DNA of 64,000 bases. Source: Podarcis erhardii (taxonomy: Eukaryota). Positions within the stretch are counted from its first letter, which is position 1. Every line of letters starts with the position of its first letter. Shown in pieces: positions 21,240 to 34,015 of the stretch. The translations under genes and the position numbers were made by a program. Below the pieces are notes generated by a model. It was not told where the DNA came from. It saw nothing but the letters and a program-made list of their open reading frames with translations, and ran no database searches. Location of the stretch: the NCBI GenBank assembly GCA_964252035.1, contig OZ176214.1. The stretch is one strand, 5' to 3'.

Positions 21240-22963
21240 CTTCCGGGTTGGCGCCATCGCCGAATGGCGGACTCCCTCCGAGCTCCGGAGGGAGCCTGCT
21301 CGGCAGGGGCTGGGTCCTACCGCGCCGGCGACGCGGGGACCCTCAAAAACCATGGGCGCTGAAACCCATGGACATGGTGACTCGGCTGGCACCTTTTGCG
21401 CCCCCTGACCCGCGAAGGAGCCTTTTTAAAGGCTGCGGAACGGGTGACGGGGGGGTGGTGGTGCTTTGAGTCCTCCGCTTCCCCTGCCGAGCGAAGCCGC
21501 ATGCCATTCGACGGAGAGCGCTGACTTCTTCTATTGAAAATTTGGACTTAAAAGAATAACCCGTGAGTAATTGGAACCTGGACTAAAAAGGGGGATAATT
21601 TTTTAAAAAAAATCGGAGCGAGCGGGGGAGGCGCAAAAAGGAAGTCAGCCCCCCCCCTGTTGTAGAGGAGTTAAAGTAAAGGATTTGACAACTAAGATCG
21701 AGCGCAACCCTATTTTGACAAGGTTACTAACTTCGCGATGGAAAATTATAAGACTGAGCTGGAGGAGAAAAGTGGAATTGAATTAAAAAGCAACCCCCCC
21801 CCCCCCGGAATCCTGGGAGCGATTTGTGAGAGCGCCGGGAGAAGAGAAAGAGAGGTTTTGACAGCTGTCAAAGAGCTGTCAAAGCGGAAGAACAAAAATG
21901 AGAACTTTGTTACGAGGACTTTGCCAGTTACATTTGTTATAAATTGGATACAAATTGCTTAAAACAAGGAATAACAAGTTATTTTGACTGGTGGGCATGA
22001 TCTGGAAGGGAACTGAATTATTGCAATCCACCTAGAGGAGCTGAGGGATATTACAAGTATTGTTGGCTTGGAACTTGAATAGAACTTTTTATCTCCTGGG
22101 AAACTGCAGGAATGGAACACTATTTTGTCTACAGAGGTCTACACACTAAAGGAGACAATAGATTTATCTATTGAAGAATGGAAGGGACTTGGCATAATGT
22201 TTTGTTCCTGAATAACAGAGCCTCTGCAGAGGAATTAGCAGCTTTTGGAATTAGAACATTTGTGCAGGAGAGCAGGAAAAAAAAAAAGGAGGAGAGGGAT
22301 TAACAAGAACAACAAGAACAACAAGAATTGGATAAAGTTGGAAGTGGGAACATTTGGGACATCCAGATTTGAAAAGTCTAAGAAATAAAATTGGAGTTTT
22401 TACTCCTAAATATAAAAATCTGGATGGAAGAAATGGGCCTTTTTGAGATAGACTCCTTCCAAGATTGGACATTCGAAATTAAAGATGACTGGTAAAGGAC
22501 TATGGCCTAGATAGATGTGGGAGCTCCAGGAAGACATCAGACGTTGATGAACATTGGGAACGCAACCGGGAAAGGGGGGAGGGAAATTTGGAATCCAAAG
22601 GGTGTAAAATTATATTTGATTATCTTAATTATATTTTTACAATTTTATTTTAATTAATTATATTTGATTATTTTAATCTGTATTGTATATTAAAGGAGGG
22701 AACGCGCGGAAGGGAACAGGTCGATTTTAGGGGATGGGAAAATATTTTTAAAACTAGGCTAATGATTTTTAAAACTGGGCTAATAAGTTCAAAATCTGGG
22801 ATAAGAATTTGCTGAATTCATTTGTAAGAATTGGAATACAAGAGGGGGAGGGGAGGGGAAGTCCTGGAAAGATGCTACTGAAAATAAGATTTTAAATTGG
22901 GATGTTTTGTTCTTTTTATTTTTTTGTAATTGGAAATTTCTAATAAATATTATTTTAAAAAAA
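21240..22963 (+). mobile_element. Non-autonomous L1-like retroelement (CpG-rich 5' head, no intact ORF, L1-type 3' end), 18-bp TSD
   Basis: TSD TGAATGTAATGTTCTGCA at 21222-21239 and 22964-22981; head cttccggg...gaatggcgg; AATAAA plus A7 tail; G(A/G)GAAGTCC motif shared with the 3' UTR of the L1 at 16.7 kb. Confidence 0.75.
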
Positions 22964-23325
22964 TGAATGTAATGTTCTGCAGGTTTTGCTCAAGTTGACT
23001 GATGTCATTCTATTATAAAACTAATAAAATATTTCACACACACGAAAATAATTCTCCCCAGACCACACACCTTCTCCTGGTTCAACTTTCTACCCTTAGT
23101 ATTTTTGCCTGGTTGGAATGCGTCCTTGAACTCTGATAATCCTTCTTGCTTGTCTGGATGGAGATGAGTGTGGATGTGGAAACTAGCCTACTGTGCAAAT
23201 GTAAAATTTACATTCCTTGGTTTGCATTTGCCTCAGGCCCTGCCCACCATTGGCACAAAGCCCTTGGAAAGTTGCTCAGAAGGGAATGGGCCACAACACT
23301 GGTTTAACACAATCACGTGACTTAC

Positions 23326-23471
23326 GGAACAGCTGCATTGGGCACACTGGTTGGCTTGTCTGTTCTGGAAGAGCCCCTCTGCCACAAACATCTCCCCGTG
23401 GTAGTAGGTTGTGCCATTGTACTCACAGGACTTCCGGGTTATCTTACTGCCAGTAGAAAAAAGCGAATCAT
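23326..23471 (-). CDS. CHRDL1: CHRDL1 exon 5 ([49 protein letters not shown])
   Basis: 146 nt, manual translation; AG 23472-23473, GTAAGT donor at 23324-23325; start of VWC2. Confidence 0.96.
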
Positions 23472-24229
23472 CTGCAAGAGGGCAGGAAGAAGAGGCAATT
23501 TACAAAACAAAGTTATCTCATGTGTCTTCTCTGGTGTGGCAGGTAGAAGGGCTTCCCAACTCACAGAGGAAACATTCTGCTCTCGCTCTGCCTGGATCCC
23601 TGCTCAACTCTCCCAACAGGGTAGTAATGGCAGATTAATCCCCCAGGAATAGACTGCCTTATCTCTTAGATCTGTTGTCTCACTTTCATTAAGAACATCA
23701 GAAGAACCCTGCTGCATCACGCCAAGGCCCACCTAGTCCATCACTCAGTTCTCACAGTGGCCAGCACCAGGGTTCAAGCCAGGGTTCCCTTGGGCAATCA
23801 GGAAGAGCACCACCAGCTAAATCGGGGTACCAGCGTGGTGTCCTCCAGACATTTTTGGACTTTGGCTCCCATCGTGTCAGGCATGTGGAGAAGCGGAAGA
23901 ACCAGATGGGTCTAATATGGTATTGGTGCCCCAGCTCTGGAACACTCTCCTGGAAGCATGGATAGTCACAGGTCTGTTGGGAGTTCAGTGTTCAATGGAA
24001 GTTTGCTTGCTTTTTCTAGCTTTTGGGAACTATGGTTTAGAGCCTTGAATCGGTTTTGTTTTGTAGTTCTAATTTTGTGGTTCTGTAATTTATATTGATA
24101 TTGCTTATATTTTGCTGCCCTCTCAGCTGTATTCTGTGGCTTGCAATTTATATGATTTTTTTTTTTTTTAAATGTAAACTGCATTTTTGAGGTCACTTGT
24201 GACAAAAAGCACATTAAATTAATGAAGTG

Positions 24230-24345
24230 AATCACAGAATTCTTAGAATCAAAGAGTTGGAAGGGACCACGAGGATCATCTAGTCCAACTCCCTGCAATG
24301 CAGGAATCTTTCGCCCAGCATGGGGCTTGAACCAACAACCATGAG
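24230..24345 (-). mobile_element. CR1 3' end
   Basis: agaatc..agagttggaagggacc..gaggatcatctagtccaac.ccctgcaatgcagg. Confidence 0.7.
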
Positions 24346-27230
24346 CTATCATGCCTGTCCATTGGCCCTGCTGGCTGAGGTTGATGGGTGCTGTAGTTGA
24401 AATGCACTAGGCTGGCTTCATTAACAGATCTTAGTTAGCATGGCAATGAAAGACCTCCTATTGAGACCCTTGTTAAAGGCCAGCCAAAGTGTCACCCTCC
24501 AGAAGTTGGCAGATGAAAGCTCCCATCATCATTGTTCATGATGTCTGGAGCTGATGGCAGCTGTAGTCCATGACATCTGGAGGGCACCATTTTGGCTACC
24601 TCTGTCCCAGAACCACTGTGTGTCACAGCAGGCAATACAAGGCTAGTTGGACCAGGGGTCCAATCATCCCACCTGTTCATTTGAGTTTGTGTCTCTGAGG
24701 ACTTCACAGAAAAGAATTCTGGTTTTAATAACCCCAAGCAGCCAATTATTCCTTGCTAGTTCATGCTCAATCTCAGTGTTAGTTCATGCTCAATCTCAGC
24801 ATCTCCAGGTATGGCTGGGAATGTTTCCAGCCTGAAATCCTGGAGAACTTCTGCCAATCAGTATAGACAAGACTGAGCTGGATTAGCCCATGGTCTGACT
24901 CAGTATACAGCATTTTTCTATGTTTCCTAATTTCTGTTCGATGTGCTTCTAGAGCATAGGATTAGTTAGCCTCCCCTACACACTGGAAATATTATACGTT
25001 TGCTTTCATGCACAGCCATTTGAAATAAAAGCTTTATGTAGCACTAAGAACAAAGTGTTTGTTTGTTAGAACTGAAATAATGTTGGCATGCAAGGAATTC
25101 ATTGGGTTTGAAGGCCCAGTGCAAAAAAGATGCCCCCCCCCATTGGGTTTCCTTGACCTCCAGAATTCACGGGTGACTGCAGTTCTTTTACATCAGTGGC
25201 ATAAAATCATGTAAAAAGAAACTCTCCATAATTATTGTGCTACTGAGGAATGCATGAGGTTTTTCCCCTTCTTCTTCTTCTTCATTTGTTAAGCTGGGCA
25301 CTCAACCAAAGGAGCAAGAGGTTTCAGGTTTTAGGCATATGAGCTAAATAGTGACATTTGGAGGGCTCTGTGAACCATTTACTTTGTCATGCGGGCACCT
25401 CAAAGCCTTTGAACCACCTTCTGAAGTAACAGGAAAAGTAAATGCCGGGACCTCTGTGTTGTACAGTATGCACAAAATCCAAACAACTTACAGCCTCACA
25501 TGCCTACTTGATCTCCTAAATCCTAGATGGCTCCTTTTGTTATCTATATGTCCCTGGTGCATTTTTACTACCACACATCTCATGCACGAAATATTAAAAT
25601 ATTCAGCACTTTGAAAGCCAGAATCATGCCACTCAGTACATGTAAAAGGGTCATATAGAGCTACTGTATATTATGAAATACAAAAATGGTGCACAGTGTG
25701 AAAATAGATATGGGGTTCAGGGGACACCTCTCTTAAGATATTTTAAAGCTAAAATGGCACTCAGGCAAGGGCAAACAGGAGCAAGTACAACTCAGGTGTA
25801 GAGTTCCCACCTGCCGGACCGGTGAGGGTTTTTTTGCAGATGTAATTCTGCAATGTAATTGGCACAATTATAGTGCATTAGTTGTGGATTTATACAGGAT
25901 CACACACACAGTTCTGCTTTATCAGCAATGCTTCCCCAATGTTATTGCATTACAGCTACCTGGACAGGGACTCTTGAACAAAAGCGCAACAAAAGTGAGA
26001 AAATAAATAAATCAGAATGTTTGCATTATGAAAACTTACAGCATTTCAGGAAAACTGCAGGACATGCCCCACTTAAGAAGGAAGCAGCATTACTGTCCCA
26101 AAAACCTTTCCACTGCAAACATTTTTGAAAACAGGAGCACCTAAATACTACCATAGTACCACCATGAGGACAAAACTTCATAAATGTATTATGAGTGTTG
26201 GATGTTCGTGGGTTTGGTTGACCCTCTGACTTACTCAGGGAACAGACTTGCTCAAAATTTACTCTAACTCTTTTATTTTCTTCATTCCTGGTTGATAAAT
26301 GCAATGTATATCCTTTGCGAAGAGATAACAGGGAAATGGAAGGAATCTGATGCTGGAAAAATTATATTTGCCTGGCTAATCTTTTTAAATGACAATACAA
26401 TTAAAATAGCAAAAGGTTTAAACACTGAAAAAAGAAATGATATTTGAACCAGGAGCATAAACTCCTCGAATGAAAGAAAAAAACACTCCTGATTTTTTCC
26501 CCTAAAAGGGGAGTTTGTTTTTTTACTAATTAACATCAGAGCTACTGGGCAATGTTATTTTCAAAGCCGAAGGGAAACTTTCCAAGGATTTAAACGTGCT
26601 TTGAGGCAAATGGGGAATCCATCTGCCGATAAATCAAACCCCAGCAGTTCCAGCCTCAAATCCTTCAGCATGCTGTAATTTAATATTTAAATAAAATACA
26701 AAGTGATTTGGGTGAGAGCCCAAGATTTGCTTTCTAGAGTCAACTCACTGGGTTACTTTTTCAGCAGTGGCTGAGAGCAATGAGACAGGATTGGGAAGCG
26801 ATCCAGCATCAAGCAACTGCAAATGTGGATGCTAACTGCCTCCATATGTGCAGCCTTAAGGCGCAGGTGTCAAACACATTATGCTACCCAATGCTTTTTG
26901 AAAGCAACTTCAAGGGCTCCGTTAAGCTTGCAAAAGCCAATCTATTCCAGCAACTTGTCCTTTTACACAGCCAGCCAGTAGCACACACAAGATCACCCAC
27001 CGCTTGGAGTGATTAAACCAGTGTGCGGGACGTGGCCAACCCAACTGTATCAAGTTATTGGTGAAGTTTCAGTTCTGATGCTCAGGTTTCTTCAACCTTT
27101 TCCTCCTCAATGGTTTAATGTTTGTGGGTGCACATGTGGCTTAATTTCCTGTGTTTTTCTTTTTATAGTGGTCTAAATAAATCATTCAAGGAGAGCAAGA
27201 GGAAGCCTCCATTTCAATTTGCCCCTAGAG

Positions 27231-27399
27231 CAGGCACGTCCAACAGGTAGATCGTTATCTATCAGTAGATCACTGGACATCTGTGGTAGATCACTGGTAG
27301 ATCACTGGCTTCCCCCAAGGAAGCTCAACAACTTTGGCTCCCCTAAAAGAAAGCTTAACAACCTTTTAACCACAGTCTCTTGGGAGTTGGCCACCCCTG
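27231..27399. mobile_element. hAT (Charlie-like) MITE, 169 bp, TSD CCCTAGAG
   Basis: Ends caggcacgtccaac / gttggccacccctg; 8-bp TSD at 27223-27230 and 27400-27407; internal gtagatcactgg repeats. Confidence 0.8.
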
Positions 27400-27754
27400 C
27401 CCTAGAGCATAGAAGATTCCAAGCAGATTCCATGGTAAAGATTCCACCTTGAACTAGGGATAGGGAAGGCCATCCTCTCAGTCCCACCACCCTCACAGAT
27501 GTGCTTGGTGGGGACATGGGAGAGGACCTTCTCAGTGGCAGCTCCCAGACTCTGCACCAAAAGCAGCACAGCAAAGTCACCTATCTAATGTCCAAAGGCA
27601 AGGAGTCCCACAGTATCAATGCTGCCACACTGAAGGATTGTTGCCTTGCAGCAAACATTATATGGCACTTGGAAAAGTGCCAGTTCTATAGATCAAAGTG
27701 GACATACATGGGGTAAGGTGATCCTTAAAAAAAAAAATAAAAAAAAAAAGCTTG

Positions 27755-27930
27755 TTCCCTTAAGCTGTTAAGGGCTTTACATTTCAACATTAACACCTTG
27801 ACTTTGGCCTGGTAATGAATTGGCAGCCAACATCACTCTCAGGGCGGAGGTGTAATATGCTGGCAGGGTCTCACTCCTGTAGGCAATATTTAAAAAGCAA
27901 TTTAAGCCACCCAAGAGCAGCTCCTGGTGC
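27755..27930 (-). mobile_element. Old L2 fragment
   Basis: Reverse complement aligns to 29410-29600, which encodes the L2 HITP..ELHWLP..FKVL..YKAL motif. Confidence 0.6.
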
Positions 27931-28442
27931 CGCCTGCATTATTTAAAAGAAGTACCTCCTTTTCTCAGTCGCACAGACTTCTAAGCTGAGGCTTGGAAGG
28001 ACAAACATACATTGACTAAAAGCAAAGCACACAATCACTGCTCCTCTCAGTGCTTGGCCACTCCAAGAAGGTGGGTGAGCAGAGAGGAAAAAACAAGGAG
28101 GATGAGTTGGGTCAGGAAGCTCCAGAGATCAGCAATGGAGCCCCTGTTGGGATGTGCACCACAGTCGGTGCCCAATGGTGATAAGTTCCTAGTAAAAAGT
28201 GCCCCTTGTCTAGGAATGGGCCTAAAGGCATCCTCCATATTGAGCCAGCTTGTCATGAGATGGAACTAAAGTTTGTACCCTCTTATTTCAATGCAGGTTT
28301 TAAAGGAAAATTAATATAAATACTTTAAGATATGCATGGAACACGTTTATGTAAGAAATGAAAAGGTTGTCTAAAGGCTGCCTATCTGACTTCTTTTGCT
28401 GTTTTACGAAGTGATTTCTGTTCCCCAAGAGCAGCTGTTGTC

Positions 28443-29117
28443 TTATAGTTAAAGCTATGGTTTTCCCAGTACAGTGGTACCTCAGGTTACATACACTTCA
28501 GGTTACAGACTCCGCTAACCCAGAAATAGTACCTCGGGTTAAGAACTTTGCTTCAGGATGAGAACAGAAATCGTGCAGCGGCGGCGCAGTGGCAGTGGGA
28601 GGCCCCATTAGCTAAAGTGGTGCTTCAGGTTAAGAACAGTTTCAGGTTAAGAATGGACCTCCGGAACGAATTAAGTTCTTACCCCAAAGTACCATTGTAG
28701 TGATGTATGGAAGAAGGCTGATCGCCGAAGAATTGATGCTTTTGAATTATGGTGCTGGAGGAGACTCTTGAGAGTCCCATGGACAGCAAGAAGATCAAAC
28801 ATATCCATTCTTAAGGAAATCAGCCCTGAGTGCTCACTGGAAGGACAGATCCTGAAGCTGAGGCTCCAATACTTTGGCCACCTTATGAGAAGAGAAGACT
28901 CCCTGGAAAAGACCCTGATGTTGGGAAAGATTGAGGGCACAAGGAGAAGGGGACGACAGAGGACGAGATGGTTGGACAGTGTTCTCGAAGCTACCAACAT
29001 GAGTCTGACCAATCTGCGGGAGGCAGTGGAAGACAGGAGTGCCTGGCGTGCTCTGGTCCATGGGGTCATGAAGAGTCGGACATGACTAAATGACTAAACA
29101 ACAGCAGCAACAACAAC
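28443..29117 (+). mobile_element. BovB/RTE LINE 3' fragment, interrupted by MITE copy 2
   Basis: RRIDAFELWCWRRLLRVPWTARRSN...LMRREDSLEKTLMLGKIEG..RWLD...; tail gactaaacaac(aac)n; 5' part aaagctatggttttcccagTA continues as gtgatgtatgg after the MITE. Confidence 0.92.
28472..28697 (-). mobile_element. Tigger/pogo-like MITE, copy 2
   Basis: Same TIRs, TA TSD (28470-28471, 28698-28699), opposite orientation to copy 1. Confidence 0.88.
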
Positions 29118-29409
29118 CAGAGCAGCTAGCTAGTTTATGGGGCTCCTGATGCACACATTGAAATCAATGTAGCAAGTTCCCTGAGAGTGACAGGTTTTGA
29201 TGATGTGTTGTCACTCTCAGGGTGGGATTTATGTATTTAGCATATATACATATTTTATGTTCAATTTCCCTTTAGTCTTAGAGCAAATGGAATGCAAAAT
29301 ACATGAAGTTTACGTGAAATATGTAAAAAAATTCCCTCTTAGAGCACATTGTTAAGATCATTTGCTCCCAGCAGATCTTGCCATGTTGATTTCAGTGCAT
29401 ATGACAGCA

Positions 29410-29600
29410 GGAGCCACATGCACTAGATAGCTGCTTGTAGGTGGCTGTAATTAGTTGTTAAAGATCGACAGCAGGAGTGAAACCTTGCCAGCATATTACA
29501 CTTCAGCTTCAAGAGCTGCTCTGGCCGCCAGTTTGTTACCTGGCCAAAGTCAATGTGTTACTACTGGTATATAAAGCCCTTAACAGCTTGAGGGGTACCT
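29410..29600 (+). mobile_element. Old L2 fragment
   Basis: ccttgccagcatattacac...gagctgctctggccgccagtt...aaagtcaatgtgttactactggtatataaagcccttaacagc corresponds to HITP..LHWLP..KV.LLVYKALNS. Confidence 0.65.
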
Positions 29601-32600
29601 TTTGAGCCAATCCAATCAAAGGGCGACTAATCCATTAAACATTGCAGCAATCATAATCATGCTGCTAATTTACTGCCTTTACCAGGAGCTGGAATCTCTG
29701 TATGGCTACCCCATGTGGTGAGTCACTAAACTGCAGGTGACAGCCTTCTCAGTGAAAAGCTTTCTGGGCTGACTCTGCGGGTACTCCTACCGGAAGCTGC
29801 TCTTAGCCCCTGATGGACCCCAATGCCTTTGAAATAGATAAGCAGATTCAATGTGGGGAATTTTTGGCCAGGGTTGTGGCAGGCAGAGAAAGAGTGGAAC
29901 TCACAGTGTTTCCCAAATGTGGGTCTCCAGCTGTTTTTGGACTACAACTCCCATCATCCCTAGCTAGCAAGACCAGTGGTCAGGGATGATGGGAATTGAA
30001 GTCCGTAAACAGCTGGGAACACTGCTCTAGACCCAAGGCTCAGCATGTTAATTGCATTTGGGCAACTCACATCATGCCCAGTTTGGCCTTAAATGCCAGT
30101 CAAGGAGATGAGAAAGTAAGGATGATTTAGAACCACGCTTTTCAGTGATTGCTGAAACTAATTTTGTCTAGGCAAGTCTATCCAGACATGTAGGTATTGA
30201 TAGGTGTTTTTTTTTATCATCTTTAAAGGTTTTCCATTTTTCTTAACTGATTTCATTGATGATTTTAATATTTCTTCTAAACTGCTGAGACGTTTTACCA
30301 CAATCAAGCAGTATATACATTTTGTTAAACAAGAACACCAAATGCTGCATCCAGTCTCAACTTCTCCTTGTCCTTATATGGGTGATCAAAAACTGTGTCT
30401 TATCTGTCCTGCTTTTACTTGCTTTTTTGTTCTTTCCTTACTGGAATAGCAGAAGAATAAAAGGGAGGGGGACTGAAAAGTGAGAAGGAAAACAGGTTGA
30501 ACTTGAGACGTCCCGAAAAACCATAAATTCACAGGAGTGTGAGCGTAAATATGTAGCTAATCATAAAAAGTTCCTGGAAGGCTGAATATAGTCTGGAGCA
30601 CAAGCTGAAAAAAGTTCTTGGAGCCAGATGGTCTGACCCACATGGCAAAAGATGGTGGTATCCAGTCAAATATAACTGGAGATCAAAGCAGGAGGTGGAA
30701 GAACCAGTGGCAGTGCTAAGGACTGCTGTGTACAGGTCTTATTTATTCCTGTTGGAAATTTGTTTGACTTCACTGTCAAGCAGTCAAGATTTGTTTGTTA
30801 GTTGGATTAGTAACACTTAGTTACTTTCAGATGTAAAAATGAAAGCCTGAACACACCTACCATGCTTACAGCAAGTCTCTAAAAGTATGAATGGTATTAA
30901 TAATAAATCCCATGTGTGACAGTATACATGAAGAGCTAATGATTCATGGGCATGTGCCAAATTTATGGTGATATTTATGAGAAGCTGTGGGCAAAAGGTT
31001 TCCAAATGGCCTGTAACCAACATAATGTGACCAACATAACACGAGACAATTAATTGATAGGCACCCACAAATAAATGCCTCCAAAGCAAGACCCTGTGCA
31101 TACAACACTTTGGAGCACCCAAACTTAGCACTAAGCAGGATCACAAACTTTCTTAGTGCTGGACTCAGGAGAGTGAATGGGCACACTAGGGAGCTCCCTG
31201 CAAGGAGCTCTTGGGCACGTCATCATCACAGTAATAGTAATAGTAATTGTTGTTGTTGTTGTTTATACCCCACTCATCTGATTGGGTTTCCAAACTCCAA
31301 ACTGAAAAGGAAAGAAGTCTCCTCCCTTCCCTTTTAAACCCAAACTTGTTGTGATCTTAAAGAGGGATGGAGAGACTCCCAAAACCTTTTCCCTCTCATC
31401 CATGTGAAGCCTGATCTTGTTGTGACCTTAAGGGGTGGATGAAGAATCACAAATGTTCTCAAAAGCCTTTGGAAGTCTTCTCTCTTTAAGACTTCAATAA
31501 AATTGGGCTTAAAGGGGATGGTGGAGCTTCTTTCTCCTTCCCCATTCAAGCCTGATTTCTCTCTAATGGGGGCAAAAGGTATTCTGATAGGCTTGTGGCC
31601 CCGCCCATCTGTAAAATTTGACCCATAAGGGAGATCCTGATAAGGACCTGGCCCATGGGGACAAAAGTGGTTCCCACTGCTGCTCCACATTAATCCACCT
31701 ATTTAGCCTAGCTAGGGAGAGCTTGCCTTTGCCACATGGATCTTCCCACAGGCAGGAGGAAGCTGAATGAAATTGCCCCCCTCTCTGCTCAGCCTGAGCA
31801 GCTGTTTTGGTCTCAGTGGATAAAGATGAAATTCTGCTCACGTGAATTGCTAAACTGGTACAAGAGCCTCTGCTCAGTCCCAGTGTTCAGTCCTGTTCTA
31901 CATTGGCTGCTATCAGCAACAAAGCAACCCTGTAGCCCTCTGGAGAATGCTGAATAAATACCTCCTTTGCAACCCTGTGTAACTAATACCCTTTTAAAAC
32001 GGGGAGCTGGAGAGACGGTGGCAGGAGCAGAGGCCAAGCATCAAGCCTGCCAGACGTTAGGCCATGTCGGGAATTTTGCAACAAATCCAAGAGAGATCTC
32101 GCTTCGTCTGCATTGTACAGTGGTTCTTAACAATGAGCATATAATAAATGTACAGTCTGCAGGAGTTTATTACGCAGCGTATGACCCAGTTTATATAGCC
32201 ATAAACATCACCAGCTCTCTGCTTCTCTGATTTACAGTTCCCCAGCCTAATTATGAAGCTATGTTACGTTGCAAGAAAGACTCCAGTTGTATATGGCTTT
32301 TATTTAGGGTTACTGCCTCTCCCAGACAACCATTCAACTACAATTTTCTGCTCATTTGGGCATGGGGCCAGCCTTTGATATAGTCTGCCAGTAGGATTTA
32401 GAGCAGGACCCTGGGACTGGAGAACAAGGACGAGGATGACATCTTCAGTGCAGGGTGGCTCCCCAGATGTTGCTGAACTGAAACTCCCATCAGTCCTAGC
32501 CAACATGCCAAATTGTCAGAGATGGTGGGAGTTGTAGTCCAGTAACATCCAGCAATATATGGACACTGGGCGCCATTTTGAATCACAATCATGGACCAAA

Positions 32601-32684
32601 ATGTCACTTTGGAATGACTTTGCCTGTTTTCTGATGTAGGTTTGACTGCCTCTCAAAATATCACCGCAAAACTCAGCACAAGGG

Positions 32685-32998
32685 GAGTAGTGGAGGAAGG
32701 GGAGTGGAGGGGGTGGAGCGCCATGGGTGGCACTGGGGCTGCAGGGCGCCCTCCAGCACGGGATGTGACGTGGGACGCATGTGGCACACGGCCTGCAGAG
32801 CTTCAAAGTCACCGCCTCCATTCTGGCCACCCTCCAGCTGAGGGGGAGGCGGCGGGCAGACTCCCTGCAGGGAGCAGTGTGCCCTCTCCCAGCTTGCCCC
32901 CCCCCCCAGTTGGTGGCTAGCCCTATCCCCTGTGCGTGGCGCCTGCATGCAGGGCATGCGCACTGCCCCTGGCTCCTGAGTGGCTAGCTATGCCACTG
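32685..32998. mobile_element. hAT MITE, 314 bp, TSD CACAAGGG
   Basis: TSD at 32677-32684 and 32999-33006; right TIR gctatgccactg, left TIR decayed; GC-rich body; inserted in an older repeat carrying three ccattttgaatca motifs. Confidence 0.7.
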
Positions 32999-33921
32999 CA
33001 CAAGGGGCCCTGGGGTGAAGATGAAGGAGATGTCAATGTATGGGTGCCATTTTGAATCAAGATGGTGGACCAACAATAGGACTTGGGCATTCTTGCACAA
33101 GTTTTTTGGCGTAGGTTTGGCTACCTCTCAAGATATAATTGCCAAACTTGGCATGAGGGTTCCTAAAGTGGGAGCAGCAAACGTCACTGTTGTTTGGATT
33201 CCAGGTGTCATTTTGAATCAACATGGCTGACCCAAAAATCACCTTGGTGTGACATCACCCATTCCCCCCTGCCCCCGTATTTTAAAATATAGATTCTTAG
33301 AGAGGTTTAACAGCCAATACCTCTTGACAGGGAGCTCCATGGATTGTAGCTCTGTGAGGGAGAATAGTGGTCTCCTAACAAATCTCAGCACCCTTGGCAA
33401 ACCACAGTTCCCAGAAGACATGCCTGTTTAAAGCAGTATAATAGTACTTTAAATGTATGCTGCGTGAATGTGGCCCAGATGGGCCTTTGGCCTGATCCTG
33501 CAGTCAGGCTCCTCTTGCATTCTAATGAGATACAATTCCTAGGACAAACAGGACAGCACCTAAAAGGTGGATTATAGTGCCAGATAAACAAAAACTGAGT
33601 GCTCTGCATGCACAGAGGAACAGCACTATTTGATATGGGATTTATCTAGCCAGCTTGCTCTGATAAAATGAGCTGAGGCCATATAGAAATGGTACTGATG
33701 GCTTGTGGGGAGGGCTAGGCTCCCCTCCAGGCTCCCTCAGCCAGTCATCTCCTGAGAATATGGGCCTCTCTTGTCATAAATGGAGTGTATAACAGCGTTT
33801 GCTGCATGAAAGCATTCCATTGTTATTTTTAGATGGGGAATTTGTCTGTTTGCTCTGCCCCAGCAGCATCCCAAGCTGAGTGCAGTTAAGGAGCTTTGTT
33901 ATACTGGAAATAAGACTTTAC

Positions 33922-34015
33922 CTGGACATCGTGGGCAGCAGAGCTGTGGCACATGCACTGGATTGGGGCAATGCAAATTTGGGCACCTTATTCTGTTGCA
34001 CAACACGTTCCCATT
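33922..34015 (-). CDS. CHRDL1: CHRDL1 exon 4 ([31 protein letters not shown])
   Basis: 94 nt, found by manual translation (not in the ORF track); AG 34016-34017, GT 33920-33921; completes VWC1 with CCxxC. Confidence 0.96.

Noticed and set aside
21240-21540. CpG-rich stretch as the promoter of a nested gene
   Set aside because: It begins exactly after an 18-bp TSD and is the 5' head of the L1-like insertion.
27755-29600. Long-range inverted repeat (27755-27930 vs 29410-29600) as a dedicated structure or large TIRs
   Set aside because: Both are independently decayed L2 fragments of the same RT C-terminal region in opposite orientation; visibly diverged, with no TSD.
33385-33609. ORF containing RCCPVCPRNC, resembling a VWC end, as CHRDL1 exon 4
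   Set aside because: The true exon 4 (33922-34015) has the full Cys pattern, the expected 94-nt length and clean splice sites; this ORF lacks the rest of the motif and usable boundaries.
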